Positions 1 through 12,778 of a stretch of 64,000 nucleotides of DNA are shown in pieces. How positions within the stretch are numbered: position 1 is the first letter of the stretch; each line of letters begins with the position of its first letter. Origin of the DNA: Podarcis tiliguerta (lineage: Eukaryota); the NCBI GenBank assembly GCA_965153285.1, contig OZ229115.1; one strand, 5' to 3'. Under the pieces are notes generated by a model. That model was not told where the DNA came from. It worked only from the letters and a program-made list of their open reading frames with translations, and did not search any database. The position numbers were made by a program, and so were the translations under genes.

Positions 1-3000
1 ACAAGGAGACAATGTGGCCACAGTCTAGCAAGGTCCTCTGTGTGTATTTACTGCGCCCACACACCAGACGCGGTTTTATTTGCTGGGTTTTCAGCACACC
101 TTTTCAACACGTGCCAATGTGTTAGATACATGAGACGATCCAGTTGCAAACTTCATTAGCGCTCTTTCCCAGCTTCCCCCTAAATCAACCTATATCTATA
201 TAGCTGGTGAATAAACTATCACCAGGTTAGTTTGCAGTGAACTCTGGACCCACACTGAGTAAGGTTTGCTCCCTCCCCCTGAACTTACCTAGTTTTGATG
301 AATCAAGTTTTGGGGCAGATGGAGAGGCGATGATTTTACAGGAATGAAAGTACAATCTCCCTTGCATCTGAAGAACTAGCTAAATAGTTCTTTGGATCTC
401 ATCCTGTACATTTCTCAAATATGACTGAAAGTTTTCTTCTGAATTTACTGATAGCTGCTGACCTACTTGCCAACATTTTCAGATTTGAGAAAAGTATACT
501 TGTAGCGTATTCCTATCCACAGCTTCTCAGAGATAAGTTCCACTCAGTTCAATTAGAGCTTCTTCCCTTGAAACGTGTATTAAAGTTTGCTTCCAAAGTC
601 CTTATCCTATCATCACCTAATTTTTTGTCTGTTTTGTTCTACTGATTTGCAACTGATATCCTGCTAAATCCACTGAATTATCATTTATTTATTTCATAAA
701 ATTTATGTACCACTTTATTGTAGAAAAAAACAACAACCAGTAAAGCAGTTTACAGAAAGATAAAACAATAAAATTATCACTAAAAAATGATAACCATAAT
801 TTAAAACATGCATAGAGTTGAAACCACAATAGAATAGACTAAAACAAATAAAAACTCACACAAACTTTTTAAACATCTGGGTAGAATTGCCTATTGATAT
901 CAGGCAGCTGCTTTCATTGAATTCTTCTTGGTTCCTGCCTGATATCAATAAACGATCAAGTTCTTATCAATATGGTATGGGTATTAAGTAGCACCTGTAA
1001 AAGTGCCAGTGGGCACATATGGGGTAAGGCAAATTCAAAAGTGATGAAAGGATTTCCACCCTGTGTGTTCCATAATTATTTATTTAGCTGTGATCTGGCA
1101 CTTCCAGGGGGGTGCATAGCTAGAAAGTGCAGCCAGAATGGTGGTGGGAAGCTGAATGGGTTGGCTGATCAGCTGCAATATTCTTGAGACATATCTGTAA
1201 GGGCTGTTCTAGCTATGCTTATTGTTTTCATGTGAGAAACAATGCTGTCCCTCCTTAAACAGGAATGCTGTTGCGTGAAAGTGCTCCTTGCCAACACTCT
1301 TCATACCAGAATGCAGATGGGAACTTTATAATCCAAAAAAGAGTTTTCTAATCTACAGCGCAGGCTGGACGCAGCTATGACATTTGGTGTGCTAGACACC
1401 ATTGCAAAACTACAGCTCCTGGCCACTTGCGGGGGAAATGATGCTTTCTGGGAGCATCTCTACAGTGAGTGTGGGCCCATTTTCAATTTATTGAATTGTT
1501 AGATACGTTAAAATATAGAAGTCCTGGATTCTCATCACTTTCCAAGAACGTTTCCCGCCTGCAAGCCTTTCTCCTTTTCTACAATTCCAAGTCTGCTTGG
1601 ATGACTGTGGTGCCGCCTTTAGGGAAATAAGTGTGGACTTCGCCACTCCACTCCACTCAGCCTTTGAACGGTGAATAAATGCTGAACTGGTGCCGTTTCT
1701 CATTCCAAGCAAATACGCAGAGCTTTTAGGAAACGATTTTACAAAAAGGGCACCCCCCCCCAATTACTTAAAAAGAAAGATGCAGATCGTTTTTCAGACA
1801 AAGCAGATGTGTCTCAGTATTGATTTTAATAGCCACATGGGTGGCACTGGAACAGCTGCATCTAGAGTAGTGGATGAAATTATATGCTCTTGTGATTCTA
1901 ACCTCATAACTGGACCTCAGAAAGGAGCCATCGTGATCCCTTTTAGTGATGTTAAGCTGTAGGGCACAAGTGTAGCTTAAAATGAGATAGAAGCTGTCAA
2001 AAGTAAGAGGATCTGTGAGAGTATTAATTGCACTATTGTTGGTACAGATTTCTGTCGTCAGGAATGTCTTAATTAAGCACATGGTGTCACTGAATGTCTA
2101 AGATCTTAGTAATAAGGAAAAGCTTCCTAGATTCTTCTCACAACACCCCAAGATCTGAATCAGTAGTGGCTTCTTGACACTTTTTTTTTTGCAAGTGCTT
2201 GTGACACTTTTGACAAACGTTAATTGAGAAAGCATCAAAAGCCTGGCTGCGTTATAATCAGAATAAAATTACCAAGGTTTCACACGATGTCAGGAGAGAG
2301 CTTGCAGAGAAGATAGACAGGTCTGGAAAGGTTTTTCCAGAAGCTAGGCTGAAAAAACAGCTCAGCAGAATCGTGCACAGGCAGCACTCACTCAGACTAG
2401 GGGCAAGAAAAAAACCCCTGTGAGGCTCAAGATGTTTTTGGTTTGAGATAGAAAATAACCAGAAAACTATGATTTGCACTCAGCTAGAAAGAGGGAACAG
2501 CTATGAACAATCATGTTAAAATACTCAGGTTTGTATTAATTATTACTATCTAGAGCAGAGGTTCTTAGACTGCATTCCACAAGTTCTGCTCAAGTGCTCC
2601 ACAGAAAGATTGTGGAACAGAGAAGAGTACTCGGCTCTGCATTTGATTTAGGGTCCCCCCCCCCCCCCGATGATGGAAGTCAAAGTTGTTTTGACCAGGG
2701 ACTGCTGGATTTAATGAACAATCTAACGAGGTCCTGGTTACAGGCCCTTGATTTTTGTAATATCACACTGTTTTTGATTATCATGCCAAATAAAAATATG
2801 TGCCTCCTTCGATTTCATCCAGAAGTTAAATATGGAAGTTTTCTGAATTAGTGTCACCCTACTGCTTTACATACATTGAGCTGGACTTAGACTAAGGTAG
2901 CTTGGCCTAGGTCCTATTGAAAGTGTGCTAACTTAGTCTTAAGTTATTTTCAGTGGGGTTGAAGTACAGCTACAATCCCAACTCCACTTACCCAGGAGTA

Positions 3001-4944
3001 AGCACCATTGCATTCACTAGGACTTAATTCTGAGTGGACATGGCCAGGACTGCAGTGTTGGTGTGGATCCATCCCATAGTTCCAACTGGTCACATTTTGT
3101 CAGCAGTGCCTGTGTGGTTTTCATTGGATGAATTTGGTTGATTGTGTGTTGTTTTCTATTGGTTATAGTTTGACACCTGTTTGGAAGGGGAATTGATGTT
3201 GGCTTCCATGCAGTATTTGCTGTAAATAGAAATTTGTAGCTATTAAGGAATGAAAAACAAAATTGTATTCATATTTATGCAAGCCTGACCCCCCACTGGT
3301 TGCACCGCTGCACGTAAGCGGACAAATAACAGACTCCACATCTATCCACTTTGCTCACAAAAACAGGAATATCCATTATATTAGAAAGGAAAGACACCGG
3401 TTATTAAAATGCTAGCTATGTATGTACTTTGATTTATAGGAAAGCAGCAGCAGTGGCGGAAAAAAGGTTATTAAGTAGTCTGCCAAGACCCCAAGCAATT
3501 TTTAAGTGACCCAGGAAAAAAAAGTTTGTGAACCATTCTAGAATATACACAAAATATAGGAAACTAATGAGTTCCACATACAACACATGCGATCATAAAT
3601 TCTTACGGACATTTTAGGCTCTTATGTTGGCATCCATTGTCCTAAAAATAAAAAATAAATAAATCCACACTGAAAGATTTGTGCTTCAGTTTTCTGTGAA
3701 ATATGTTTCCCTCAAAACGTATATGGAGATGATGGGATGATTAGAGCTTTTGACCACTGTAGGAGTGAAGGAAGATTTATGTTAGGCTTTTATTTTGTCA
3801 GAGCCCTTGTCCCTACTCTGAAAGAACTGGAAACTCCATCTCTTTTAAAAGAAAGAAACATTCTTTTCAAGTTCTTTGAAAAGACAGCCTGGTGCCTCTC
3901 TCCTTGTTTGCATTTTGTGGTTAAATTCAATTTACATTCAAGAATATATGTTTTTGATAAGTTCTAGCCTAAAGACAGAAGAGGTTTAAATCGCTTTTTT
4001 TAAAAAAAAAGAAAGAAAGCATAAGCCTTTAGGAAATAAGTGTCAAAGGGAAAATTTTAAACCTGAAAAGTGTCAGATCCAGTTGTTTCCAGAAGGCCTG
4101 ACATAGAAAGGAGTGAATACCTGTCACAGTTTGTAAATTCCTCCAGGCAGGGACCTGTCTCTTCTTTGTTTGTAAAAGTGGCAGGCACACCTGTGGAGAT
4201 GATGGAATAAAAAACCCTAAGTAATGAATTGTGTTGCTCCACTAGCCAATGCTGCTTTGAATTTCGCTGTAGCCAGAGGCACTCTAATACCCCAATGAAC
4301 AGGCGGGCTTGCCAACTCTACCTTTTTTTGGAAGGAGATTACCCTGCCACTTTTGAATTTTGAATGTACCCTTTGATGGTTAGCTTTTTTGTTTTGTTTT
4401 GTTTTCCTTTTCCTTTTGTTTTTTCTCTCTAGTTTTCCTGGAAACCGTTATTTACAATTACGACAAGCTTTTCAAGAGCAGAGATGGATCAAATCAGAGA
4501 CCTGTCCCTGCAAATTATGATAAGCAGAGCTTAATTTCACATGGGGAAACCCAGGTTTCTGCCTCCAAATTCTGCAAACTTAAATTTATATATATATTAT
4601 TAAAGGGAGAGAGCCCTCGAAGTGCCTGCTTTTCCAGCTGTTTCATATGTTTACACACATAAAGTGGACCTGTATAGCCACCATGTTGAGAGCAGCATGC
4701 ACACTCCTAAATAATGGCCTAAATTCCCATGTCTACCTAGAACTTCAAGAACTGTAATGAGGGATTGTGCTTTAAGTACTTGGTAGTCCTGGTATCATGT
4801 TCTGGCTGCCTTTAGACAGTCTGGCAAAAATGCAACTTTAGGAGGCAGTTTAACAAGGATAGCCTTCACATTCATCCTTACTGTTCATCCCCAGTGTTTG
4901 GAGAAGCGCACTCTGTACATATCTGCACGATTCTTCCCCTAGAT

Positions 4945-5076
4945 CAGCGTTTCTCAAACTTGCATCTCCATTGATAGACAACAACTCCCATCATCCCTAG
5001 CTAACAGGACCAGTGGTGAGAGATGATGGGAACTGTAGTCCAAAAGCAGTTGGAGACCAAAGTTTGGGGATCCCTG
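4945..5076. mobile_element. hAT-type MITE (132 bp)
   Basis: CAG...CTG imperfect TIRs; perfect 8-bp TSD CCCTAGAT at 4937-44 and 5077-84. Confidence 0.9.
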
Positions 5077-5089
5077 CCCTAGATTATAG

Positions 5090-6566
5090 CATCTGACAGA
5101 AGAGGCTTCACCAACTAAGGGAGCAGTCTCAGCTGCCTGAAGAGTGGAGTTTAACTGGATTCTAACAACTCTCAGGCTGTAGCAAATATCCTCTTCTTGA
5201 GCAAGCTGTTCAACCGAGTAGATGCCCAGGCTATCTTGGATAAAACTGATTGTCTGGATCCATTTCCATGCCTAGTTTTGGCACAAAAGCTGCCCTGGTC
5301 ACACTGATGGGTAGCATGCACTTATAGATGCTGGTAATCAATCCTTCTGGATCTCTCAATAGCTTTGTGTACTATTGACCATGGTAATCTTCAAGACTGC
5401 CTGAACTACAGTGTTTTGGCGGCTCCTTCCCTGGAAGGGCCAGTTCCAGAGGGTAGTACAAAGAGGAACCATTCTTCACAGCTTTGGCATTAATACACGT
5501 TTTTGAAATTGTTGAATGAAGTCATTTGGAGCTGTGTGCAATCAGAAGCTGTTTATGTCTACCTCTATCTTACTTTTACACCAGGAATTGCTACGTTAGG
5601 GCTTGAGATCAGTAGTGGACTAGGGTAAGGACTCAGTTCTGATAAGGTGTACTTTTCAGGAAAGTGGTGTTCAACTTGTTCTGAACGAAACTGCTCCTCC
5701 AAAAGGGGCAGGTTTATAGTTCAGGGTATGTATGCTCATACATACCACCCTGTCAGCTGAGACCCAGGCAGTATCAACAAAGGCTGGTACACCCATTGTG
5801 AAATCCCTTCTTGGACAAAGATAGCTTAGCCACCACAGTTAGAAAGGTCCTGCTTCGCTCTAAGCGCGACTATTTCAACAATTGTATTTGGGGTTACAAG
5901 AAAACAGAGACTAAAATACAAAGTCAAGGATGCTCATTTGTACCTGTCATTGGGAACACATTGTGCCATTGTTTAGAGAGTTCTACTGCTATCAGATCAT
6001 TTCCAACTCCAACAGAAAGCGTAAGCACTTACAAAACCTCTGCAACTTGGGACTGGGATAGAATGATTCTTTTATGTCAACCAGCTTATGTAGTAAGATA
6101 ATATTCAATAGCTGACTTCCAGATATTTTGCCCATCCAAAGTACAGTGGCTGGTGAGAATGAGGGGAACCTTCTCTGGGAGTGTGTGTGTTTGTGTATTT
6201 ATGGAGCCTTGATTCAGTGGAAGAGCACATGCTTTTATATGCAAAGGGTCTTGGGTCTCAGGACTGGAAAAGACTGCTGTCTGAAACCCAACAGGCTACC
6301 AAAGAATGCAGGCATAACTACATTGAACAATGATCTGAATCTATAAGGCAGCTTCCTATGTTACACTTGCAGCCTAGTCTGATATCCTTTGGGATTTTCA
6401 GCATTTGAGGGATTTAAAAAGAATGACTTTTTCCCCTGCTGTTTTATTGACGGTTGGCGTTTTCTAGCATTTATTGCCCTGTTGTTATTATTTTGCTGGT
6501 TTTATTCCATAAACCACCATGTAGATTATCTACTAAAGGGTGGTACATACATTTAGAAAATAAATA
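5090..6566 (+). mobile_element. Degenerate L2-like LINE (RT remnant plus 3' tail), interrupted by a SINE
   Basis: Decayed RT motifs (VANILFLSKL, LDPF, FGTKAALV, ILLDLSIAL/TIDHG) with frameshifts; AT-rich L2-type tail; boundaries approximate. Confidence 0.65.
6200..6362 (+). mobile_element. tRNA-derived SINE (Squam3-like)
   Basis: A-box-like tcagtggaagagca head and TATAAGGCAGCTTCCTATGTT 3' end. Confidence 0.65.
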
Positions 6567-7439
6567 TGATGCAACAGGTTAATACACCCGACTCCCCTGT
6601 AACAGCAAAACACGGTCACTCCTGCTATGTTAAAATGAGTAATATGACTGAGTGAGCTCATGCACAAGGCCACTTGCCACACACAGAGGCTCCCCCCCCC
6701 CCCATTCAGTCCATTTAAAGTGCAGTTGATGATTCTATGCCTTATTAATTATTGTATATAGAAAGTCTAGTTGTGATAATTATTAGTCCTGAGTGGAACA
6801 GTGTAATCTTCGGCATATACTAGGTTATTTACTCTTGGGAATCTTATGTACAATGGGAATGTTTTGTATGTGAAAAAACCCCCTATGTATTTTAATTTGA
6901 ATGTTGTCAGCTTGATAGAACTACCAATTACAGAACCCAAACCAGAAGTTTCTTGTTCAAATCCAGGTTTCTTGACATCAATGATTAAGCTGTCTGTGTA
7001 CTTGCCATTGGCTTGAATTAGTTCTTTCTTCACACCTGCTCTATCAAAATAGGGAAAGGGGAATGTTTAAAGGCTGAGATGTTGAAACACTAAAACAACA
7101 CATGCATGCGAGGCTTTTTTTCTGTTTGGGTCTAATCAGGCATGCTGGAAATCTCTCAAGCAAAAATGACTGCCGGGTGGGAAGATGTTACAGTAATTAT
7201 CTTGCTGTAAGTTGCAGAGTGGATGACATGAAGTTAGGGTGGTTTTGTGTGTGTAAACGGCCTGGTTATTTACAACCTACTTTTTCGTTTTGGAATCTGT
7301 TCATTTGTTGCTTCCTTGTTTGTTTTGCTTTTCAAATATAGAACTTAGTTTTATAGTGTAGATTCTGCCATGTTTTCTTTGTTTAAAAGTATTCATACAC
7401 ATTTTATCATACAATAAATCAGTATTAATGCCTCTGGGG

Positions 7440-7575
7440 CAGGCTTCCTCAAACTCGGCCCTCCAGATGTTTTGAGACTACAATTCCCATCATCCCTGAC
7501 CACTGGTCCTGCTAGCTAGGGATCATGGGAGTTGTAGGCCAAAAACATCTGGAGGGCCGAGTTTGAGGAAGCCTG
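7440..7575. mobile_element. Young palindromic hAT MITE (136 bp)
   Basis: Perfect TIR over 30 bp (CAGGCTTCCTCAAACTCGGCCCTCCAGATGTTTT); TSD CTCTGGGG/CTCTAGGG (7 of 8 match). Confidence 0.92.
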
Positions 7576-7617
7576 CTCTAGGGAGTCGAAGTCTTTATAA
7601 ATATAACTATTTGGTAG

Positions 7618-7618
<1 letters not shown>

Positions 7619-7660
<42 letters not shown>
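7619..7660. repeat. (TG)n(AG)n microsatellite
   Basis: Seen directly. Confidence 0.9.
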
Positions 7661-7867
7661 ATGAGAATATGTGCTGCCAGCAGTATACTGAGATTGCATT
7701 CCTGTTCACACTTACTCTATATTGAACTCAATGAGACTTCTTAGTATAAATACTTAGGATCCTTGGTGTTCCAGCCATGGAAAAGCTCCTTTCGTTTGCA
7801 GAGGGAATGGGTATCCAGGAAATGGTTCCTGCTGAATGAAGAAGGCAGGTAGATCATTGTCACTGAT

Positions 7868-8067
7868 TAAGAACACAGGAACACAAGTAGAGCCCTGCTA
7901 GATCATGCTATCCAACATCCTGTTCTGATAATGACCAGTCAGATACCTATGGGAAACCCACAAGCAGAACTTGAGTGTAATAGTGTTCTCCCCACTTGCG
8001 ATTCTCAGTAACTACGATTCCGAGGTTTACCACCCCTAGCAGTGGAAGTAGAACATAGCCATTGTGA
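7868..8067 (-). mobile_element. CR1 LINE 3' fragment
   Basis: TAAGAACA...AGAGCCCTGCTAGATCA...TCCAACATCCTGTT pattern typical of squamate CR1 3' ends. Confidence 0.6.
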
Positions 8068-8492
8068 TTCCTTCCCACTCATTCCCCACGTTGTTCCAGA
8101 GAGTCCTCCTGAGAAGCATTTAGCAGGGAGCAATGGGGGCTGCAGGGGTAAGGTGGGATTGGTGAAAAAGTCACACTGTATCTGTCAAATTATTCTAAAT
8201 TTTGTATTCCACTATCTTGCCAGAAATGGCTCTTTTGGTAGCTAGGTGGTATATCTAGGTGGTATGAAGAAGAAGAAGGTGATGATGTTACTACTGCTAC
8301 TACCATCGTTGCTGCTGCTTACATATAATTTTTATCATCCAGTCATTTCCCCAGAAAACCTGTGATTCCTTCTCTTTCTCTCATATATTGAATCTATAAG
8401 ACTTTAATTTTATAAGGGAAATACAGGTGTAAATGTTTTCACAACCACTTCTCTGGGTACTTCTCTCTGTAACACTGCTTTTCTCTCCCCAG

Positions 8493-8789
8493 TGCCTACC
8501 ACAGCCGAGACCATAACTCCTTCCACAGAGCTGTACAAGACAACTGTGTCAACTACAAGCACCACGCCACAGAAAATTCCAATTAGCACAACATTACCTG
8601 GGGGGAAGGGGGATGAAAGCAAAGGTCCCAAGCCACCGCCAGCAGTATCAACGACCAAAATTCCTCCTGTTACAAGCTTTTTCCCTTTGCCAGAGAGGTT
8701 CTGTGAACTTGAGGTGAAAAGGGATATAACTTGGCCTCAGACTCCAAGAGGAAACATGGTGGAACGCCCCTGTCCCAAAGGAACTCGTG
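8493..8789 (+). CDS. ADGRL2: ADGRL2 exon: Ser/Thr/Pro-rich linker plus start of HormR domain (VPTTAET...[32 protein letters not shown])
   Basis: Polypyrimidine tract plus AG at 8491-92 and G|GTAAGA donor; 297 nt, phase 1-1; peptide recognisable as latrophilin. Confidence 0.95.
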
Positions 8790-9353
8790 GTAAGACCTTA
8801 AAACTGGATTTTCAGCTTAAATAAACATTCCGGTGTCTATATCTTGAACCCTCTTTTCCTTAGTCTCGGACTATCTTTCTTATGATCTTGGCTGCTTGCA
8901 AGGAAATGGCACCTTCAGGTTTTAAGCTGTAGAGGGCATTGGAGCCTAGGTACAGAATTACATTCCAGCCCCTTCTCAAGGATTCCAGATCATAGGTCTT
9001 TGCAACAGACAGGACTTCAGCCACACTTGCTTTCTGCTGTATTTCTCATTATGAACTCCACTTTGGATGGTTTCCAGAAAATGCTAGAGCTTTTTCTTTT
9101 TCTCTCTGTTTATTCAGTATAAAGTCTGATATTTTCTCCTGGCTTTGTTAGCATTGCTTTTAATTGGCATCATTGCCTTTTGTTACCTCATTTTCCTACA
9201 GGCTTCCTTAGTCTCTTTTAAAGTGACTTAAGTACTGAAGCTCTAATCCAGTATTTCCCAGGTGCTTATGAAACATTTTTTTTAAAAATGTACACATGCA
9301 CACACAACTTGAACACTCTTACTTCTATGTCATTTTTCTCATCTTTTATATAG

Positions 9354-9457
9354 GAACAGCTTCATACCTCTGCATGGTTTCCACTGGAAAATGGAACCCG
9401 AATGGTCCTGATCTTAGCAACTGTACTTCACACTGGGTAAACCAGCTGGCTCAGAAG
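9354..9457 (+). CDS. ADGRL2: ADGRL2 exon: HormR domain (GTASYLC...[22 protein letters not shown])
   Basis: tag|GA acceptor, AAG|GTGGGT donor; 104 nt, phase 1-0. Confidence 0.95.
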
Positions 9458-10628
9458 GTGGGTTGGAAAATATTTTTGATATGATACCATACTCATGATT
9501 ACCAGCACAGATGCTTATGACAAACACTGGGAACGTTGCACGAGACTAAATCAAGTGTCCTGCCATCCCAGGGCTTTAATAGGGATGTCATGATATTGCC
9601 CACTTCAAGGGTTGGGGCAAACACACTTGTGGTTTCACCTTGCAAACTGCTGCTTCCGGCTAACTCTGCCTCAAGGCAAACAATGTTGGTTTCAGCCAGG
9701 TGACAGTTAAAGCAGAGGATGTGGCAGTTATAGGGCTCTCCTAGCTTTCAACAGAGCATCTTCTCCTTCCAAGAGCTAGTTCCCACATCCTTCTCAGGAA
9801 ATGGCGCTGAACATCATATTTGCACCAAGGAAAAGGCTGTCTCCTCTGCTTTGATCTTTGCCTAGGTGGAGCTAAGGGATTTTTCAGCAAAGGGACACAA
9901 GCATGGAGACATTAACGGAACAGCCATTCATTGAGCTCCTGCTCTGTATTTTTGTTTTGTTTAATAAAGGGTGGTCTATAAGTAAAATGAGGGCAATTTT
10001 TAAAACACTGTGTTACTAGCAGGAAATCCCTATGAAAGTTAATATGCATAAGAGAGGGACAGGATGGACTGTTTCTGTCCTTAGCTATCAGCTCTTGTAT
10101 CCCATTCTCGTTTCCTAAATATTTGAGCTGTACTGTCACATTCTGCCTGCCACATTGACAGCCTCTGTAACTGCTGGGGTGAAAAGCAAATAAAGATATC
10201 CTATGTTACACTCCCCACCCCACAAAAGAATCTGTGTTTCAGATGGACTGCCCTGTGCTGAAACCCAGCTCTTGGAGATTGCGGGTGGGAGGAAACATCA
10301 CAAACAAACTGCCTCATTTCCCACCGCTTCCTCCAAAGAAGCACAAAGGGGGAAAAAATCTCAAATGCCTGCGGAGATTGGTTGGTTTTGCTCCCTGCAA
10401 ATGCAGAGCTCTCCATGCAGCACTTTATCATCCCACCACGGGATGAATGGTGGCCATTCACTCCTGGAGAAGAAAGCGAAGGCACTTGGGAAAAGGGGGC
10501 TCATTCCTTAGCCCTGCAGATCCTGGCGATTAAGAATCAAGTCTCCTACTATTTCCGTAGCCCCATTCTGCATAGAATTTGTTGATCACACTGAAAATGT
10601 GATGGAGGATTGAGAGAGTAGAATGGAA

Positions 10629-10770
10629 NNNNNNNNNNNNNNNNNNNNNNNNNNNNNNNNNNNNNNNNNNNNNNNNNNNNNNNNNNNNNNNNNNNNNNNN
10701 NNNNNNNNNNNNNNNNNNNNNNNNNNNNNNNNNNNNNNNNNNNNNNNNNNNNNNNNNNNNNNNNNNNNNN
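10629..10770. other. Assembly gap (N run)
   Basis: Ns. Confidence 1.
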
Positions 10771-10986
10771 AAAGCACTTTACTAAATCTAAGCAGTGTTG
10801 CATATGATCTCTCATTTTTTGTGGGAGTAGGGCAATTGTTGTTGCTTTTTAAAGACAAAACAACTTTGAAAGATATATAAAAAAGATGTAACAAAAAATA
10901 ACCCACCTTTCTATTTAGAAATAAAGTGTTCTAAGAATTAAGTGGCAGTGGGGGCATCACTAAAATAATTTAAATTGTCATTTCAG

Positions 10987-11172
10987 ATCAGAAGTGGAGA
11001 AAATGCTGCTAGCCTTGCCAATGAACTGGCTAAACATACCAAAGGACAAATCTATGCTGGTGATGTGAGTTCTTCAGTCAGACTGATGGAACAGTTGGTG
11101 GATATTCTTGATGCTCAGCTGCAAGATCTGAAGCCTAACGAGAAGGACTCTGCTGGACGGAGTTATAACAAG
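10987..11172 (+). CDS. ADGRL2: ADGRL2 exon: GAIN subdomain A ([18 protein letters not shown]...SAGRSYNK)
   Basis: ttttcag-type acceptor, AAG|GTAGAT donor; 186 nt, phase 0-0. Confidence 0.95.
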
Positions 11173-11902
11173 GTAGATACCAACCTGAATAGCCTTCTCT
11201 GGTGTGCATTAGAACAACCTAGCCTTGTGGCTTTCTTTCTTTTCTCTTGCAAAACATCTGCCTCTATTTTGCACTAGTCCTTTGAAGTAGGGCACATTTA
11301 GGGGCTTTTTTTTTGGGGGGGGGAACCAACAAATTCATGGAGACGTGAATTTTGATGCTGTATCAGAGTCCCCAAAGGCTGGTGGTACACGAGAACAGAA
11401 TGTGACCGTTCCCATGTGGGCAGAAGGAATTGAACGGATAATGTTAATTATATTTTAGCAGCAGCCTGAAACAGAACAATGATTAAGGCATCAATAAGAA
11501 TCAGACCTGTTGTGTCCTTTGATCCTTTATGGCTCTCAACCTGGGGGGGGGGGGGAACAAACTGCGGCAGGGGAAAATGAATACTCTTCCCCCCCCCGAC
11601 CTTCTTACTAACGTATTTGACGTATAATACTAACGTATTAGAAGTATTTGACATACCAAGCCATGAACTAACCTTAGTGCATTGGAATGGCCTTGTGCTT
11701 CATTCGCTCCCTTAAAAACCCGCAGATTCATCTGGAAGTGATACTTTAACACACCTTAAGATTGTTAATTTTATCAGCAGATCTTATTTCTCCGGTTAGC
11801 ATATAAGCGTTTGAACAATGATCAAGTAGTACTAATCCTATTACCCTTTAAAAAAAAAAAAATGTCTAACCTCTGATGTGTGTTTTTTGTCTTATTACCA
11901 AG

Positions 11903-11941
11903 CTCCAAAAGCGAGAGAAGACATGCAGGTCTTACCTTAAG
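11903..11941 (+). CDS. ADGRL2: ADGRL2 39-nt cassette exon in GAIN (LQKREKTCRSYLK)
   Basis: aag| acceptor, AAG|GTATCT donor, symmetric phase 0; matches the latrophilin GAIN insert I recall (LQKREKTCRAYLK). Confidence 0.9.
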
Positions 11942-12302
11942 GTATCTCTCCTGTGCTGTCACCTTGCTTCGTCCCTGCTTCAGTCACCTGCTGCCGCGCT
12001 TTTACCCTCCTGCTGCATGTCCCTATGTATTTCAGTCTTTGATAATTGTGCACTGTGCCTTCCCCACAGCAATTGTACAAAAAAAGGTGTTGGCTTTGCA
12101 CGGGTATAATACCTTCAGAAAAAGCCAGTCGTAAATAATAAATCGATAATCGATACTTCCTTTCCTCCTCCTTTTATCAAAAAAAGAGCAGCCATGGAGC
12201 TTTTAACTGAATTGGAAATAAGAACAGCTTTGCTTCCCTCATGGTATTATGCCTGTGGAAGGAAAACAAAACTGGCAATGGGCACAAATTGTTTGACATT
12301 GG

Positions 12303-12480
12303 GAACACAGGAAGTTGCCTTATACTGAGTATAGATCCACATAGCTCAGTATTGCCTACACTGGCTGGTAGCCGCTCTCCAGGGTTTCAGACTGGGGACA
12401 TAGCCAGACCTGCCTGGAAAGACTGGGGATTAAAGTTGGAACTTTTCTGCATGCAGTGCAGATGCCACAGTCGTACCCCT
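12303..12480 (-). mobile_element. Squam3-like SINE
   Basis: GGAAGTTGCCTTATACTGAGT... is the reverse complement of the 6200 element's 3' end. Confidence 0.65.
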
Positions 12481-12747
12481 TGAACCTGGGTTTTGTGTTT
12501 GCAGATCTGTGTATCAAAGACTGTGTAGCCATATCTAGTGGAATCCACTAATCACTGCTGCCTCGTGACTTCCATTGGTTCAGTGGAGTTTGTGTGGCAA
12601 GAGTGTCTTATGGATTACATCCCATGCTTGTGCATGACGAAAAACCAAAACCCCAACACATACACATGTTAAACTACCCTACATTTTATTTTATTTTTGT
12701 GCACTCTTGAATTCAGCGAGTTCTATTTTGTGTGTGTGACACCAGGG

Positions 12748-12749
<2 letters not shown>

Positions 12750-12778
<29 letters not shown>
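12750..12778. repeat. (TG)n microsatellite
   Basis: Seen directly. Confidence 0.9.

Noticed and set aside
7140-7206. Possible 67-nt exon (aatcag|GC...GCT|GTAAGT) with upstream TGCATG
   Set aside because: Frameshifting, no recognisable peptide, and splice-like motifs are common by chance
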